DNA of 64,000 nucleotides. Origin: Octopus sinensis (lineage: Eukaryota). The stretch lies in contig NC_043018.1 in assembly GCF_006345805.1 (NCBI RefSeq), forward strand, positions 25,358,001 through 25,422,000, given 5' to 3'. The first letter of the stretch is position 1, and every line of letters begins with the position of its first letter. Positions 12,696 through 26,404 of the stretch are shown here, piece by piece. The position numbers were made by a program, and so were the translations under genes. Under the pieces are notes generated by a model that saw nothing but the letters and a program-made list of their open reading frames with translations, was not told the DNA's origin and did not search any database.

Positions 12696-13036
12696 CAGGG
12701 GTTCTCAACCATTTTTATCTATGGACCCCTTTGATTACTATTTTTTTCCAGTGGACCCCCATAGCTATTCAATGTCTAAAAACTAGTTTTATAGAAACTT
12801 CTTTCGAAATTCCAGTTTTGTTTTTCACACATTCCTTTGTACAAGTCAAACAATGTAAAACATTAGAGAAAGAAACCCAGCTGTTTCTTGCATTACATAC
12901 CACATCTAAAGCAAATTTTTTCAGGGACCTTTAAACTACTATTGTGGATCCCAAAATTTACTATTTTGCTGTGTGGGTCCCCCAAAATCTTATATGAACC
13001 CTCAGGGGCCATATGGACCCCAGCTGAGAATCATTG
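12696..13036 (-). mobile_element. hAT-type MITE (inverted sister of 8333-8643)
   Basis: CAGGGGTTCTCAACC...GCTGAGAATCATTG termini, degenerate 8-bp TSD (gtctagtt/gtgtaatt). Internal sequence is the reverse complement of 8333-8643. Confidence 0.75.
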
Positions 13037-13943
13037 GTGTAATTGATCAATGGTACACAAAGACAATCATGAACGGGGTACCACTTGATTGCGGGCATAA
13101 AAGGGGTAGGCCAAAGATCTCTTGGTAGTAACTGGGTGAATAAGACAATTTCAGCCACAAGTATCAAAACTTGGATTTTTTGTCACAAGGAGATTCTTAG
13201 AAGAGCAAAGTCACAATCACTGCAAGAGACTGTAGCAGAGCACCGTTTCTGTTTGGTTAACCACATGGTTGTCCTTGCATACAGGTTTGTCCCCCATATT
13301 CCTCTTCAGCTGAGTGATTCTAATCCTGCGGGCTTGTGGGTGTCAGTGTCACGTGAAAAGCACTCGTGCTACTGCCATGTAAATAGGGCCCATGCTGGTG
13401 CTGGGTAAAAGCACCCAATGCATTCTATAAAGTGGTTAGCATTAGAAAGGGCGTCCACCGATAGAAGCCATGCCAAAACAGAATTGGACCCCAGGCAGCT
13501 CTTCAGCTGGCCAGCTCCTGTCAAACCATCCAACCCATGCTAGCATGGAAAGCAGATGTTAAAGGCTGTTTGATAAACTACGAAAGTTTCTTGGAAATGT
13601 GCATTTGTCAGCTGTGTATCAAGTTGAGCTGTCAGCTCTTGAGAGCAACATTGCCTGTTCTGGGGTGGGTTAAGGGGTAATGTGCAGGTTTGCTATGTTG
13701 AAAAGTGCTGATGACATGTAAAGTGGTTGAAATTAGGAAGGCCATCCACCCATAGAAACCATGCCAAAACCGACATGGACCCCTAAGCAGCTCTTCAGCT
13801 GGGCAGCTCCTTTCAAACTGTCTAACCCATGCCAGCATGGAAAATGGACATTAAATGATGAGTATTAATTTATCATTCTCATGACCTTGTGGTCATGAGT
13901 TCAAATTCTGCACAGTCCTTTGTCATACCCCTCTGTGAACACA

Positions 13944-14210
13944 TGTGGCTGAGTGGTTACGATATTCAGTTCACGGTTGTAAGGTTGTGAGTTCAATTCC
14001 AGGCAGTGCACTGTGTCCTTGAGCAAGTCACTTTATTTCACCTTGCTCCTGTCTACTCAACTGGCAAAAATGAGCAGTACTTGTAATTCAAAAGGCCAGC
14101 CTTGTCACAATCTGTTTCATGCTTAATCTCCCTGAGAACTACAAAATGGTTATGTTAAGGCTGTTTCGCTGAGTGGATCACCTGGAACCTTAATCATCAT
14201 AACCGACAGT
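13944..14210 (+). mobile_element. tRNA-derived SINE, family C (V-domain-like)
   Basis: A-box GTGGCTGAGTGG, B-box GAGTTCAATTCC, then GTGTCCTTGAGCAAG.CACTT. Related copies at 21763 and 50664. Confidence 0.7.
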
Positions 14211-14350
14211 GACAGTTTTTTGGTTCTACACAATGACTGGTTTCAAACATCAAGCCCTAATATTTGAATTTGATCAATAGGTGGAAATGAAACAGAGTAA
14301 TAATACCTTGTAAGCTTTAGCTTCAAATAAATGAAATAAATTCTTCATAT

Positions 14351-14514
14351 AGGCACAGGAGTGGCTGTGTGGTAAGTAGCTTGCTTACCAACCACATGGT
14401 TCCGGGTTCGGTCCCACTGCATGGCATCTTGGGCAAGTGTCTTCTACTATAGCCTCGGGCCGACCAAAGCCTTGTGAGTGGATTTGGTAGACGGAAACTG
14501 AAAGAAGCCCGTCG

Positions 14515-14559
<45 letters not shown>

Positions 14560-14766
14560 TTGTGTGTCTGTGTTTGTCCCCCTAGTATTGCTTGACAACC
14601 GATGCTGGTGTGTTTACGTCGCCGTCACTTAGCGGTTCGGCAAAAAGGAGCGATAGAATAAGTACTGTGCTTACAAAGAATAAGTCCCAGGGTCGATTTG
14701 TTCGACTAAAGGCGGTGCTCCAGCATGGCCGCAGTCAAATGACTGAAACAAGTAAAAGAGTAAAAG
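14351..14766 (+). mobile_element. Near-intact tRNA-derived SINE, family A, with internal TA/TG microsatellite
   Basis: Pol III A/B-box head, CTTGGGCAAGT core, (TA)(TG) middle, GTAAAAGA tail. Many relatives, e.g. 19054, 19533, 23670, 27423, 31232, 46728, 55803. Confidence 0.9.
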
Positions 14767-14964
14767 AGAGAGATATACTGAGTCATTTCATTACCCATTT
14801 GTAAACCTATACATGTGTGTGTATGTGGGTGCATGTGTATCATGCTCTGAAGCACAGAAAGACCTGTAGTAACTAAGACACGAACTCAGAACGGCACTGA
14901 CACAGCAGTTGTGGCCCGTTCTGAAGATGAGGTGAACAAAAGGTGTTGTGTTGATTATACTTAC

Positions 14965-15111
14965 ATTTCCTCTTTCTAACAAAAGTTGGCATTTACTAAG
15001 ACAATCTGGGGAAGAAGCAAAAGCAACAAGGGCTTTCTCGGCATCACTGCGTAAACTGCTGTCAGCAGTTTCGTACATCTGCTTGCACAGATTCTCCAGT
15101 TGTAGTAATTC
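14965..15111 (-). CDS. XPO7: Exportin-7 coding exon 2 ([49 protein letters not shown])
   Basis: Long polypyrimidine tract plus tag, donor AAT|gtaagt, 147 nt. [11 protein letters not shown] and [15 protein letters not shown] match XPO7/RanBP16. Confidence 0.98.
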
Positions 15112-16453
15112 CTAAGAAGAGAAGCAAAAAGAGAGAGAAAGAGATAAACAAGTGAATTTCCCAATCACAAAAAAAAATCATACCTTTATCAACAAACAGA
15201 AGCAACAAAAGTTTTTGCACTCAAAAAGTAAAATACAATTACCTTGTTATTTTATGCATATATTTGTGTATGTTTGTGATATATATATATATATATATAC
15301 ACATACATACACACCATAAAAACCTGGGTAATTTGCACACCTGTGTAATTTATGCAGGTGACTTTCAGGATAAAATTTGTTAAAAAAGGCTTCTACTCAT
15401 GTAGAGGGGGGAAAGGTTTTCAATTTAGTCGTATTTAGCATAATTTCACTTACTTATGATTAGATTTTATTAAATTTTCATTAAATAAAAATAATTTCTG
15501 TTTAACAGGCATCACATTGAAAGCTATTAAATTACAAAGTGTCTGTGTTGTTTATCATAAACTTTATTTTACATTTCTTGCCCACAAGAGATTATGTCCG
15601 ATCTTTAGTATACTGCTGTATGTCTTCTCAAATCATGATCACAGGAAAAGTTGTTGATAAGAATTACCAACAAAAACAAAGCTGATAAATATGCACAGGT
15701 GTTGCAAATCAAGTTTAATTACCAATAAACACTAGCTTGGATGACACTTTACTCAACCAACAGAGAAGGTGACCAATCAAACTGATTATGTAAACAGAGT
15801 TCTTTTCTGCCTATTCTTGTCGGAACTTTTGATACGGAGTATCGAAATTTTAATCCCTTTTATACTTACAAAATATAAAAGCAAACTATAAAATTTGTCA
15901 TTACTGTTATTGTCAGTATGAGCGGAACTTATAAATCATTTACTGCAAAAGAGAAATTAAGTATGTGCTCCACTGTGATAAGTAGAAACTCGAGGCAATC
16001 TAAAATATGGCCCAGACCATGTTTACCAGCATGAACATCAGACTTCAAAAAGTAGTTAACCATTTAATGGTTTTAGTTACTTTATATCGAAAAAGTAAGC
16101 AATATACCATCCAGCATAAATAAAAGTTAACTTCATTATGTGTATTTAAGCCATTAGTTTTCAGTAAAAACCTATTCTGACATTAAATGAGTCAACTTCC
16201 AGGACGAATTTTTACGTTTTGTGTAAATGTAAACATAAAGAAAGCAAAAGACTGAAAATTTCCAGACAATGAATATTTAAGTATAAATATTTAAATATTG
16301 ATATATTGATTAATCAAGCTTATACAGAGTACAAAAGACAGAGAAAATTAAAGGGGCGTCCAATATATTGGCCTGGGGTTATAACAGGAAACACTTTCCC
16401 AAGGTGTTGTGCCATTCGGTAGAAAAGTGAACTTCTTTCATACAATTAATACG

Positions 16454-16523
<70 letters not shown>

Positions 16524-16559
16524 CATACATACATATAATTCATAATATATATATATATA

Positions 16560-17001
16560 ATAGTCGATGACTGGCATCTATGCTAATGGAGTGCTAATAG
16601 CACCATCTGAGCATGATCGTTGTCAGAGCAGCTAACTGGCTTCCGTGCTGGTGGCACGTAAAAAGCACCATTCGAGCATGCTTGTTACCAGCATCACCTT
16701 ACTGGCACTTGTGCCGCACATGAAAAAATATTCGAGTGAGGTCGTTGCCAGTGCCGCTGGACTGGCGCCTGTGGAGGTGGCATGTAAAAAAAACACCATT
16801 TGAGCATGGCCGTTGCCAGAACCACCTGACTGGCCCTCATGCTGGTGGCACATAAAAGCACCCACTACACTCTTGGAGTGGTTGGCGTTAGGAAGGGCAT
16901 CCAGCTGTAGAAACTCTGCCAGATCAAGATTGGAGCCTGGTGCAGCCATCTGGTTCGCCAGTCCTCAGTCAAATCGTCCAACCCATGCTAGCATGGAAAG
17001 C
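16560..17001 (+). mobile_element. RTE-derived 3'-end repeat (non-autonomous)
   Basis: Repeated GGTGGCACGTAAAAAGCACC units and GGTTGGCGTTAGGAAGGGCATCCAGC...AACCCATGCTAGCATGGAA, as in the tail of the LINE at 10396. Other copies near 2430, 7740, 22860, 26875 and 28155. Confidence 0.8.
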
Positions 17002-17025
17002 TAGATAGATAGATATACATATATA

Positions 17026-17117
<92 letters not shown>

Positions 17118-20100
17118 CAAGATGTGTGTCTGTCATGTCGTTGAAACTAGAGATCCACCCAACTGATTTTAATGAAATTTTAAACATGCATTACATAGGG
17201 TCCATGGAGTGTCATGGGTCAAAAAACTTTCATAAAGCAAATTGGAAGTAGATTGAGAAAAGAGATCCTCAAACAGGATTGGCCTAAATGTTACTCCACA
17301 CCACAATCAATATGAAACAAACATTTCGTGCCGAGAATAAAAGCCGTATGTGACAAATCTTTCCCATTGTGCAAAAACAGAAAACAGGATCCCTGGTGAA
17401 AGGGAGATTCTTATGAGATGACGGACAAAGACTGAGAACCGTCTGAGTAAGCATCCCAAAAGTGGCAAGAAGTCTTGCCTGGAGAGAGCACTATTGGAGA
17501 TTGAGAAAAGTCTGCATCAGTCTCATGAAAAGGGGAGAGCAAATAAAGAAGCTTGGGTTTATAGAAAACATCAAGTGGAACCCTAAAGCCTCAATACGCC
17601 ACAAGATAGGACCCTTCTTCCAAAAAGAACAAACGACGACAGAGTGGACCTAAAGAGTAAACAAGCAACAAAGACAAACATTAAGGGCACCTAAAGTCTG
17701 CTAGAAATAACAACCAAATCTCTTCTGAAATAATACTCCACAACCTTCAAGACAAATTTTTAAAAGGGGTGCACATCAGATAACATAGTCCCTGATACAC
17801 AAAGACAGGCTGGACACTGCTAAAATGCCTTTGATTATACAATAAGATCACATCAATCAGAACTGACACAAAAGGATTCAGCGACATAAGCAAAGTGAAA
17901 TGGTTATATCTAAGAATCAAAAACTAGATCACAGACAAAGAACAACAGAAGCTAACCTAATTCCTATGGTATTTGTTGTTGTTATTATAGACTAAGAAAC
18001 AATAGCTAAAAAAAACATCTTTGGCCAATAAGCATACAACAAATGGCAATATATTATTAATAGCAATTGAATAAATATCTGAAAGAGTGACTGTCATTGC
18101 AAGAAATACACAATAGACTCTATTGATTTCTCCCTTACATACAAGAGAGTGGATGGAAATCAGCTGAACTTACCCACTTAAATTACAGGTACTTTCTTTT
18201 AATATGCAGCTGGTGCCCCAAGGATTCAAATTTAGTCTGACCTAACTACAGTATTCCAAGAATCAACAACAATAGTTGCTGCTGTAGTTTAGCCCCAGGT
18301 CAAACTCGATCAGATAGGCCTATGATGGTTTCAGCTGTAATCATCCCACTCTTTATTCAAGTGTAACGTAATTTAGAATCACATTATCTAATATCTCCCT
18401 TTGTTTTAAACCTTTAGCATTCAGATTACTGTCAGATGTAATGCTTATTTATTCAAATTCTCTTGAATTGATCATGCACTATCTCATAGACTTTGATGAT
18501 GTGATTGTTTATTTTTAGAGGCCAGATATGGCTAGTGTAAAGATAAAACTGGTAGAATATTTTGGTTGGATATGACCAGTTTAAGTACTAAAGGGTTAAA
18601 GATAGTAGAGTGTAATTTGGTAGTTATTTGTAGTGGAGTGAAAAACTGAGAAGAGGCTCGCTCAGTTTAATTTTGTCATCAGCATGCATAAATACATCAG
18701 TTTGGAAAATTTGAAAACAATAATGTGAAAATTTGAAATGCTTCAAGTGGTTGGAACAAATTTAACAAGATTCTTTGCTCTGAAATAATTTTGGAGCTAA
18801 AAGTTCTCATCAGAGCAGTTCCTGGGAAACACACTGACATTCTATCCCAGAGTAGACAAGTTTCTCATCCAACTTAGTTCTATGAAGTTGGGGACACAGG
18901 AGCCTATGGAAAGAGAGAGAGGGGGGGGTTCAAAACACACTGCATTTAGTTTAATGCACATTTATGTAAAAAGCAAATTTTTCTTTCTCAATCTCACACA
19001 AGCTTTACTGAACAAATTCAGTGCATTCTCATAAATTTATTGTGGTGATTAACAAGATGTGTGGCTGTGTGATAAGAAGCTTGCTTCCCAACTACATAGT
19101 TCCAGGTTCAGTTTCATTGTGTGGCACCTTGGGCAAGTGTCTTCTACTATAGCCTCAGGCCGATGAAAGCCTTGTGAGTCAATTTGGTAGATGGAAACTG
19201 AAAGAAGAATGTAATGTATAAGTGTGTGTGTGTGCATGCATGTCTTTATGTTTACCTCCCACCCCCACCATTTGACAACTGGTATACTAACATCCCCTAG
19301 TGTGTTAGCAAAAAAAGACTGATAGGGTAAGTGCCAGGTTTTTAAAAAAATAAATAAATACTGGGGTCAATTTGTTCAACTAAAAAATCCTTCAAAGAAA
19401 TGCCCCAGCATGACCACAGTTGAATGAATGAAAGCAGATAAAAAAAAAGGACATTTCTGTCTCCAACACTTGTTAACAGTTAGGAGTAAAGTTTTGCACA
19501 ATACAGCAAGTAGAGAATGTTGTTCCATTGGTGTTGGCATGGCTGTGTGGTTAGTAGCTTGCTTCCTATCGTTCCAGGTTCAGGCTCACTGCATGGCTCC
19601 TTGGACAAGTGCCTTCTACTATAGCCTCGGGCCGACCAAAGCCTTTTGAGTGGATATGGCAGAAGGAAACTGAAAGAAGCCTGTCATATATATACATACA
19701 CACATGTATATGTATATATTTATGTGCATATATCTGTGTTTCTCCTCTCACCATCGCTGGACAACCGGTGTTGGTGTGTTTAGCAGAGACCGATGGACTA
19801 AGTACTAGGCTTACAAAGGAATAAGTCTCAGGGTCGATTTCTTTGACTAAAACCCTTTAAAACTAAAGCCATGCTCCAGCATGGCTATAGTCAAATGACT
19901 GAAACAAGTAAAAGAATCTGACATGAGAAAGGCAAGGGCCAAGTAGAGCTTGGAACCAGTGTTGCTACAGATGAACTCACAAAGAGTCAAAACAAATATC
20001 ACAATGCATTTTGTCCATCGCTTTGATGGTGTTTAGATGTTATGATTGAATTTAACCTTTTTGCATTTAAACTGGCCATATCTGGCCAAAATATTCTACC

Positions 20101-22253
20101 CGTCTTATGTTCAAACTGACCAGATCCAGCCTCTCACACCTTACCCTACAATGTTATTCAAAAAATAAACAATCACATCATTGGAATCTCAAAGCTACAA
20201 GACAATGTATGATTAATTAATAAGCATTACATTTGACAGAGTAATCTGAATCCTATAGGGTAAAGGAAAATTTGGATGCTATTCCTAGCAGATCAAGAGA
20301 CCACATAAAGGTTTTGCCTTCATCATTTTATCCAATATGTTGGCAACAGATGCTTCTGATTGGCTATAATTACATATATTTAAATGTGATGTTGCTTTAT
20401 TATTAATTTCTAGCATCGACAATGCAGAACTACATCAATGAAGAAACTTTGAAATACTTCAAGTGGTTGGAACAAATTTGAAAAGATCCCCTGCTTTGAA
20501 ATAACTTCGGGGCTAGAAGCTCTCGTCAGAACAGTTCCTGGGTAACAAGCTGACATCCTATCCCAGAGCAGACAAGCTTCTCATTGGACATAATTCTGAC
20601 AGACAACTTGAGGGATATATATGAAGCACCCGGCTCTGGAGGCAACAAAAGAAGAAAGAAAGAAATCAAGTAAACATCACATACAGGATAATATAAGGAT
20701 GAGTCATTTGCCCTTAACATAAGTAGTAGTAGTAGTAGTCATTCAGTGTGACATCAAATCATTTATACTACTACTACTACATGCACCCCACTACGACCAA
20801 ACACAGACCTATTACCTCTCCAGGGAAATAAGATAATCTGTTAAACTTCCATTGACATATAAGCAACCAGTGATCGGTCTGGTCTTTTCCACACTCAGTG
20901 ACTAGAAAGAACATGGCGGGGGGGGGGGGGGGGGGATATTCGACAGCACTAGTTGTGGTTGATGTTGTAGTTGTTGCTGTTTGTAGTCTACAAGTCTAGT
21001 AAGCTAAATGTACCAGTTATTTCAGTCAGACAGTAATAGTTAACCACTAATAGCAGGTCAGTGAAATATATTTAGTGCAACCAAAAACAGACATGTTCAT
21101 TTATTTTTTTTGCTTGCTTATTTTATTTTATTTTATTTTTTTGGTTGGTTCTTTGTTCTTGTGTTTAAATTTGATTTGGGTTTTTTTTTTTTTTTTCCCC
21201 ACCACCACCACCACCATTTCATTGGCTCTTGAAACAAAGATTCCTAATTCCTAGTTGCAGAAAAGTTTAGTGCATCATCCCAAGAATACAATTTTCAAAA
21301 GATTTCGGTTTTCTGAGTCACCCACTTTACACAGTTCAACCATTAAAAGACTTCACTCTCAATAAAACAATCCACAAACAACACATCTCCAAGACAAGAT
21401 GATTCTACCTGCTGAAACAAACATGCACATTTTTAATACCCTTCACCCACCACCACCACCACCACACACACACAATAGCTTCTTTCAGTTTTCATCTACC
21501 AAATCTAGAAGGCTTTGGTTAAGGTGCCGTACAGTGGGACTGAACCCAAAACCACATGGTCAGAAAGTGAACTTCTTAACCAAACATCCCTGCCTGCACC
21601 TAAGATGTTTTAATTTTTAAAAAAATATATCTATAAAAATAATATTAATAATAATTCACCAATTTTAAAATAATAAGTTGTTATACATTGTTGTTGCATT
21701 TTTCATATGAAGAAATACTCTTGTAAAAAATTTTGTTTCTTATTAAAATTTGGGTAATTAACAATCATGAGGTAGTGAGTTTGATTCCTGGACCAGGCTG
21801 TGTTGTGTTCTTGAGCAAGACACTTTATTTCACATTGCACAAGTTCACTCTGCTGTAGAAATGAGTTGCAACATCACTGGTGCCAAGCTGTATTGGCCTT
21901 TGCCTTTCCCTTGGGCAACATCAGTGGCATGGAGAAGGGAGGCTGGTATGCAGGGTCTTCCATAAACAGACTTACTGGTCTTCCATAAACAGACTTGTGC
22001 CTCAGAGGCTAACTTTCTAGGTGCAATCCCATGGTCATTCATGACTGTAGGGGTCCTTTACCTTTTACCCTATGTACATAAATTGGTGTGAGAAGTGAAG
22101 GCTGGTATGCATGGGCAACTGCTTGTCTTCCATAAACAACCTTGCCTGGACTTGTGCCTCGAAGGGTAACTTTCTAGGTGCAATCTCATGGTTATTCATG
22201 ACCAAAGGGAGGAAGGGGTCTCTTTACTTTTAACACCATTATCATTATCTTTA

Positions 22254-22482
22254 ACCTTTAAGCATTCAAACCGGCCATATCAGGCCAAAATATTTAACCT
22301 GTTTTATGTTAAAACTAACTGGCCAGATCTGGCCTCTTAAACCAACCCTACAGTGCCATTCTAAAACTAAACAAGCAGATCACCAAAATCTCTAAACTAC
22401 AAGATAATGCATGATTAATTCAAAACAATATAAATAAATAAGCATTGCATTTAACAGAATAATCTTCAATGCTTAAAGGGTT
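22254..22482. mobile_element. piggyBac-type (TTAA) MITE, same family as 3489-3709
   Basis: TTAACCTTT...AAAGGGTTAA ends. Relatives at about 18410, 20054, 24616 and 30390. Confidence 0.75.
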
Positions 22483-25400
22483 AATATCCATGTCCCATGC
22501 TGGCATGGGTCAGACAATTTGACAGGATCTGATGGATCCAAGGTCTGCATCATGATCCAGTGACAGCTTTGGCATGGTTTCTATGGCTGGATACTCTTCC
22601 TAATGCCAACCACTTTATAGTGTGTACTGAGTGCTATTTTTCTGCGCCACCAACACCAGTGTGGTTGCTATGAGGCTTGCAAGTCTAGAAAACCTAAAGA
22701 GAAGCAGGGGTGTCAGTAAAATATAAGAATTCTTGTAATTTTGGAAAACTGTACAAGGGTTTACACATTCGAATAAGTGTGAGAGCCACAGGCCAAGTGA
22801 ATAACAATGTAATGATACAGGATTGAGAAATGAAGCTTGCTAGTTCAAATACGCATCATCATTATCATTACTCAGTATCTGTTTACCATGCTGGCATGGG
22901 TTGGACGGTGCAACTGGAGCTGGCAAGCTGGAGAGCTGCAACAGGTTCCAGTCTGATTTTGGTTTAGTTTCTACAGCTAGATGACCTTCCTAATGCCAAC
23001 CACTCCACAAAGCATTCTGGGTGCCTTTTACATGTCACTGACACGAGTGCCTTTTAAGTGTCACCGGCACGAGTGTCTTATATGTGTCACTAGCACAGGT
23101 ACCATTTACATTTCACCAGTACAGTTGCATTTTATGTGCCACCAGAACATGTGTCTTTTACATGTCACCAGCACACATGTCTTTTATGTGTTCCTGGCAC
23201 TGGCCCAGAGAAAAAAATATAGTGAAAATGTAAATACTGAAAACACAAAAACAAAACCTTTGATCTCAACATCAGAGGTTAATAGTTTGAAAAATGTTCA
23301 ATTTATTACAACAATAACTTATCTCAGAGATTTAGACATAGTTGTCAAATGTATAACACTAAGAACAGTTAAGGTTATTGTTATACTGATAATGCTAATG
23401 TGATCTTCAAATCACCTACTCATCATGCATTTGGATTACAATGAAGTGGGTTGTTTTGTGTGTGGACAACAGGGTGGGATTTTCTGAATGGCATGCCTAA
23501 CAAAAAAAAAAATGTGTTAAATTGTGGTCCACTTCCCAAAAACAAGATTGCCCATGCCTCATCTATACAATTGCTAGTTCTTCCAGAAACAGCAGCCAAA
23601 TCTCCTTTAAATCATGCTCAGTCATTTTAAAAAAGAAAGGATACATTGAATGATGTAGATCATAGATATCTTTTATCTTTTACTCGTTTCTTTATCTTTA
23701 GAGTGTGGCCATGCTGGAGCACCACCTTGAAGAATTTTTAGTCAAATAAATCAACCCCAGCACTTTGCTTTTTCCAAGCCTGGTACTTATTCTATCAAAC
23801 TCTTTTGCCAAACTGCTAAGTTACAGGGACATAAAAACACCAACACTGGTTGTCAAGTGATGGTTGGGGAGACAAACAAACACACACACATTAACTTTTT
23901 TTAGTTTCCGTCTACCAAATCCATTCACAGGCTTTGGTTGGCTCTACGTTATAGTAGAAGACACTTGTCCAAGGTGCCACACAGTGGGATTGTACCCAGA
24001 ACCATGTGGTTGGAAAGCAAGCTTCTTACCACACAGCCACACCTGTGCTTATACACAAAAGTGTATTTCAGTTGGTGACCCTGGAGCAAAGAGCAGTACC
24101 CAGGACCTTTGTAGGCCTCTAAAGACCAATGAGATCTATGCCATTAACCCTTTCATTGCCATATTTCTCTTGAAATACATGTTTCAAATAATTTTGAAAA
24201 TAACAAGGAATTTAGTAAGATAATCTTGTCGTTTTCAAGCTAGTACTTGGAACATAAATTAATAAGGGATTTTGAGGAAAGGTTGTAATTTAGGTCATTT
24301 TAACCCTTTCATTACCATATTTCTGATGAAATATACCTCTTTCCTTCAATTAATTTTTACAATAATTAAGTATTTAGTAAAATAACTCTGTCGTTATTTA
24401 GCTGAAGGTTGCAACTTAAATTATTACAAAATGATATTTTGATAGAATATTTTTAATTTAGATCACTGGGTTGTTTGTTTCCTAGAACCGGAGGTGGTCT
24501 TAGGCAGGTTGGTAACAAAAGGGTTAAAACAGTAAGTTCATATCAGAGAATCACAGACAGTCCCAGCCAGGTTGGTTAACAAAAGTGTTAATGTTCATTA
24601 AACTGTTTAGTATTTAACCCTTTAGCATTAAATCTGGCCATATCCAACCCAAATATTCTACCTGTTTTATGTTAAAACTGACTACATCCAGCCTCTCACA
24701 CCTACTCTACAATGTCATTCTAAAAATATTAGGTGCAGGCATGGCTGTGGTGAGTTTACTTCTCAACAACATGGTTCTGGGTTCGGTCCCACTGTGTAGC
24801 ACCTTCAGCAAGTGTCATCTACTATAGCCTCAAGCTGACCAAAGCCATAAAACCATGCCAATACAGCCACAGAAGCTTTCTGCAGTCTCTACCTGGCCAG
24901 CTCCTGTCAAACCGTCCAACCCATGCCAACATAGAAGGTGAACATTAAACAATGACAATGTGTTGCCAAGAGCCCGAAGATTGCTTGGAGACACAAGGTG
25001 TGTTATAAAAAACCTGCCTAGACACGTGTCTTCATAGCAAAAACTACAAGTAGCTCTTACCTTTATATTGCTTACATTAAAGTAAGTATGTATGTATGTG
25101 TTTTAGTCACCTTCTCTGGACACAATATAATAGTTATGAGCGTCACTGTCATACAAGCAGTGTCATTCATTTGGGGCTCCTTCGTGAAGGGCATAGTCAA
25201 ACAAATTGACTGCCCACTAGTACTTATTCTGTCAGTCTCTTTTGCAAAACTGCTAAACTATGAGGCCATAAACAAACCAACACCAATGTCAAGTAGTGGA
25301 GGAAAGACACACACACATATATGTGCACGTGTGTGTGTATACATACACACTGACTTCTTTCAGTTTCTGTCAAACAAATACACTCACAAGGTTTTGGTTG

Positions 25401-26103
25401 GCCCGAGGCTAAGGTAGAAGACACTTGCTCAAGGTGCTATACAGTGGGACTGAACACAGAACCAGGTGATTGGGAAGCAAACTTGTTACCACACAGCCAT
25501 GCCTTATTCAAAGAATGTTTGCTGAAATCTGTATGATTCTCCACTGAGACCATGCTAGTTCGAAAATAAATTCTAAAGTCAGCTCACACAATAAGACAAT
25601 AAATTGCGCTAGAGTCAGAATGTATAAGAAGCGAGACAGTATTAAGATATAAAAATTTTTTTTCTTCTCCTATAACATTTTTTTTATGTTGTCATTCAAA
25701 AAAAAAAATATATTTTCTTCCTTCTCCCAGATAAGATTTATGCAAAGAGAAAAAAAAAACAAAAACAAAGAAACTATTTCTAATATGAAGCTAACATATT
25801 TTAACTAAATAAATGGAATATTTCATATGAAAAAAAGAAAAAAGCCCTGTCATTTAAATCAATAATAAGCCACTTTCATTTTAAATGGAGTATATTTAAT
25901 TAGAAATGCAGCAAGCACATTATTCAGGAAAAAAATACTTGAGAATATTATCAGGCAGTTCTGCACCCCACCCATCTCCCTAAACTACATTCAAAGAAAT
26001 TCTGGATTTCTTCCAAAAGACCATTTTCGATGAAAATCTAATTTACCAAAGGAGTGCTTTTCAAAAAATATAATTTCATAAAATATTAACTTGAAAAAAT
26101 TGT

Positions 26104-26116
26104 CTGTATATATGTA

Positions 26117-26148
<32 letters not shown>

Positions 26149-26196
26149 ATATATATATATTATATATATGTGTGTGTGGTGTGTGTATATATATAT

Positions 26197-26265
<69 letters not shown>

Positions 26266-26404
26266 GTGTGTGTATATATGTATGTATATGTATATATATA
26301 AATATATATATATATATGTGTGTATATATGTATGTATATGTGTGTATATATGTATGTGTATAATATATATATATATATAAATATATATATATACATACAT
26401 ATAT
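26104..26404. repeat. Compound (TA)n/(TG)n microsatellite
   Basis: Direct inspection; source of the spurious YIYI/HTHT ORFs. Confidence 0.95.

Noticed and set aside
14791-15078. 95-aa ORF as a standalone gene
   Set aside because: Only the first 38 residues are XPO7 exon 2; the rest reads through the donor into intron
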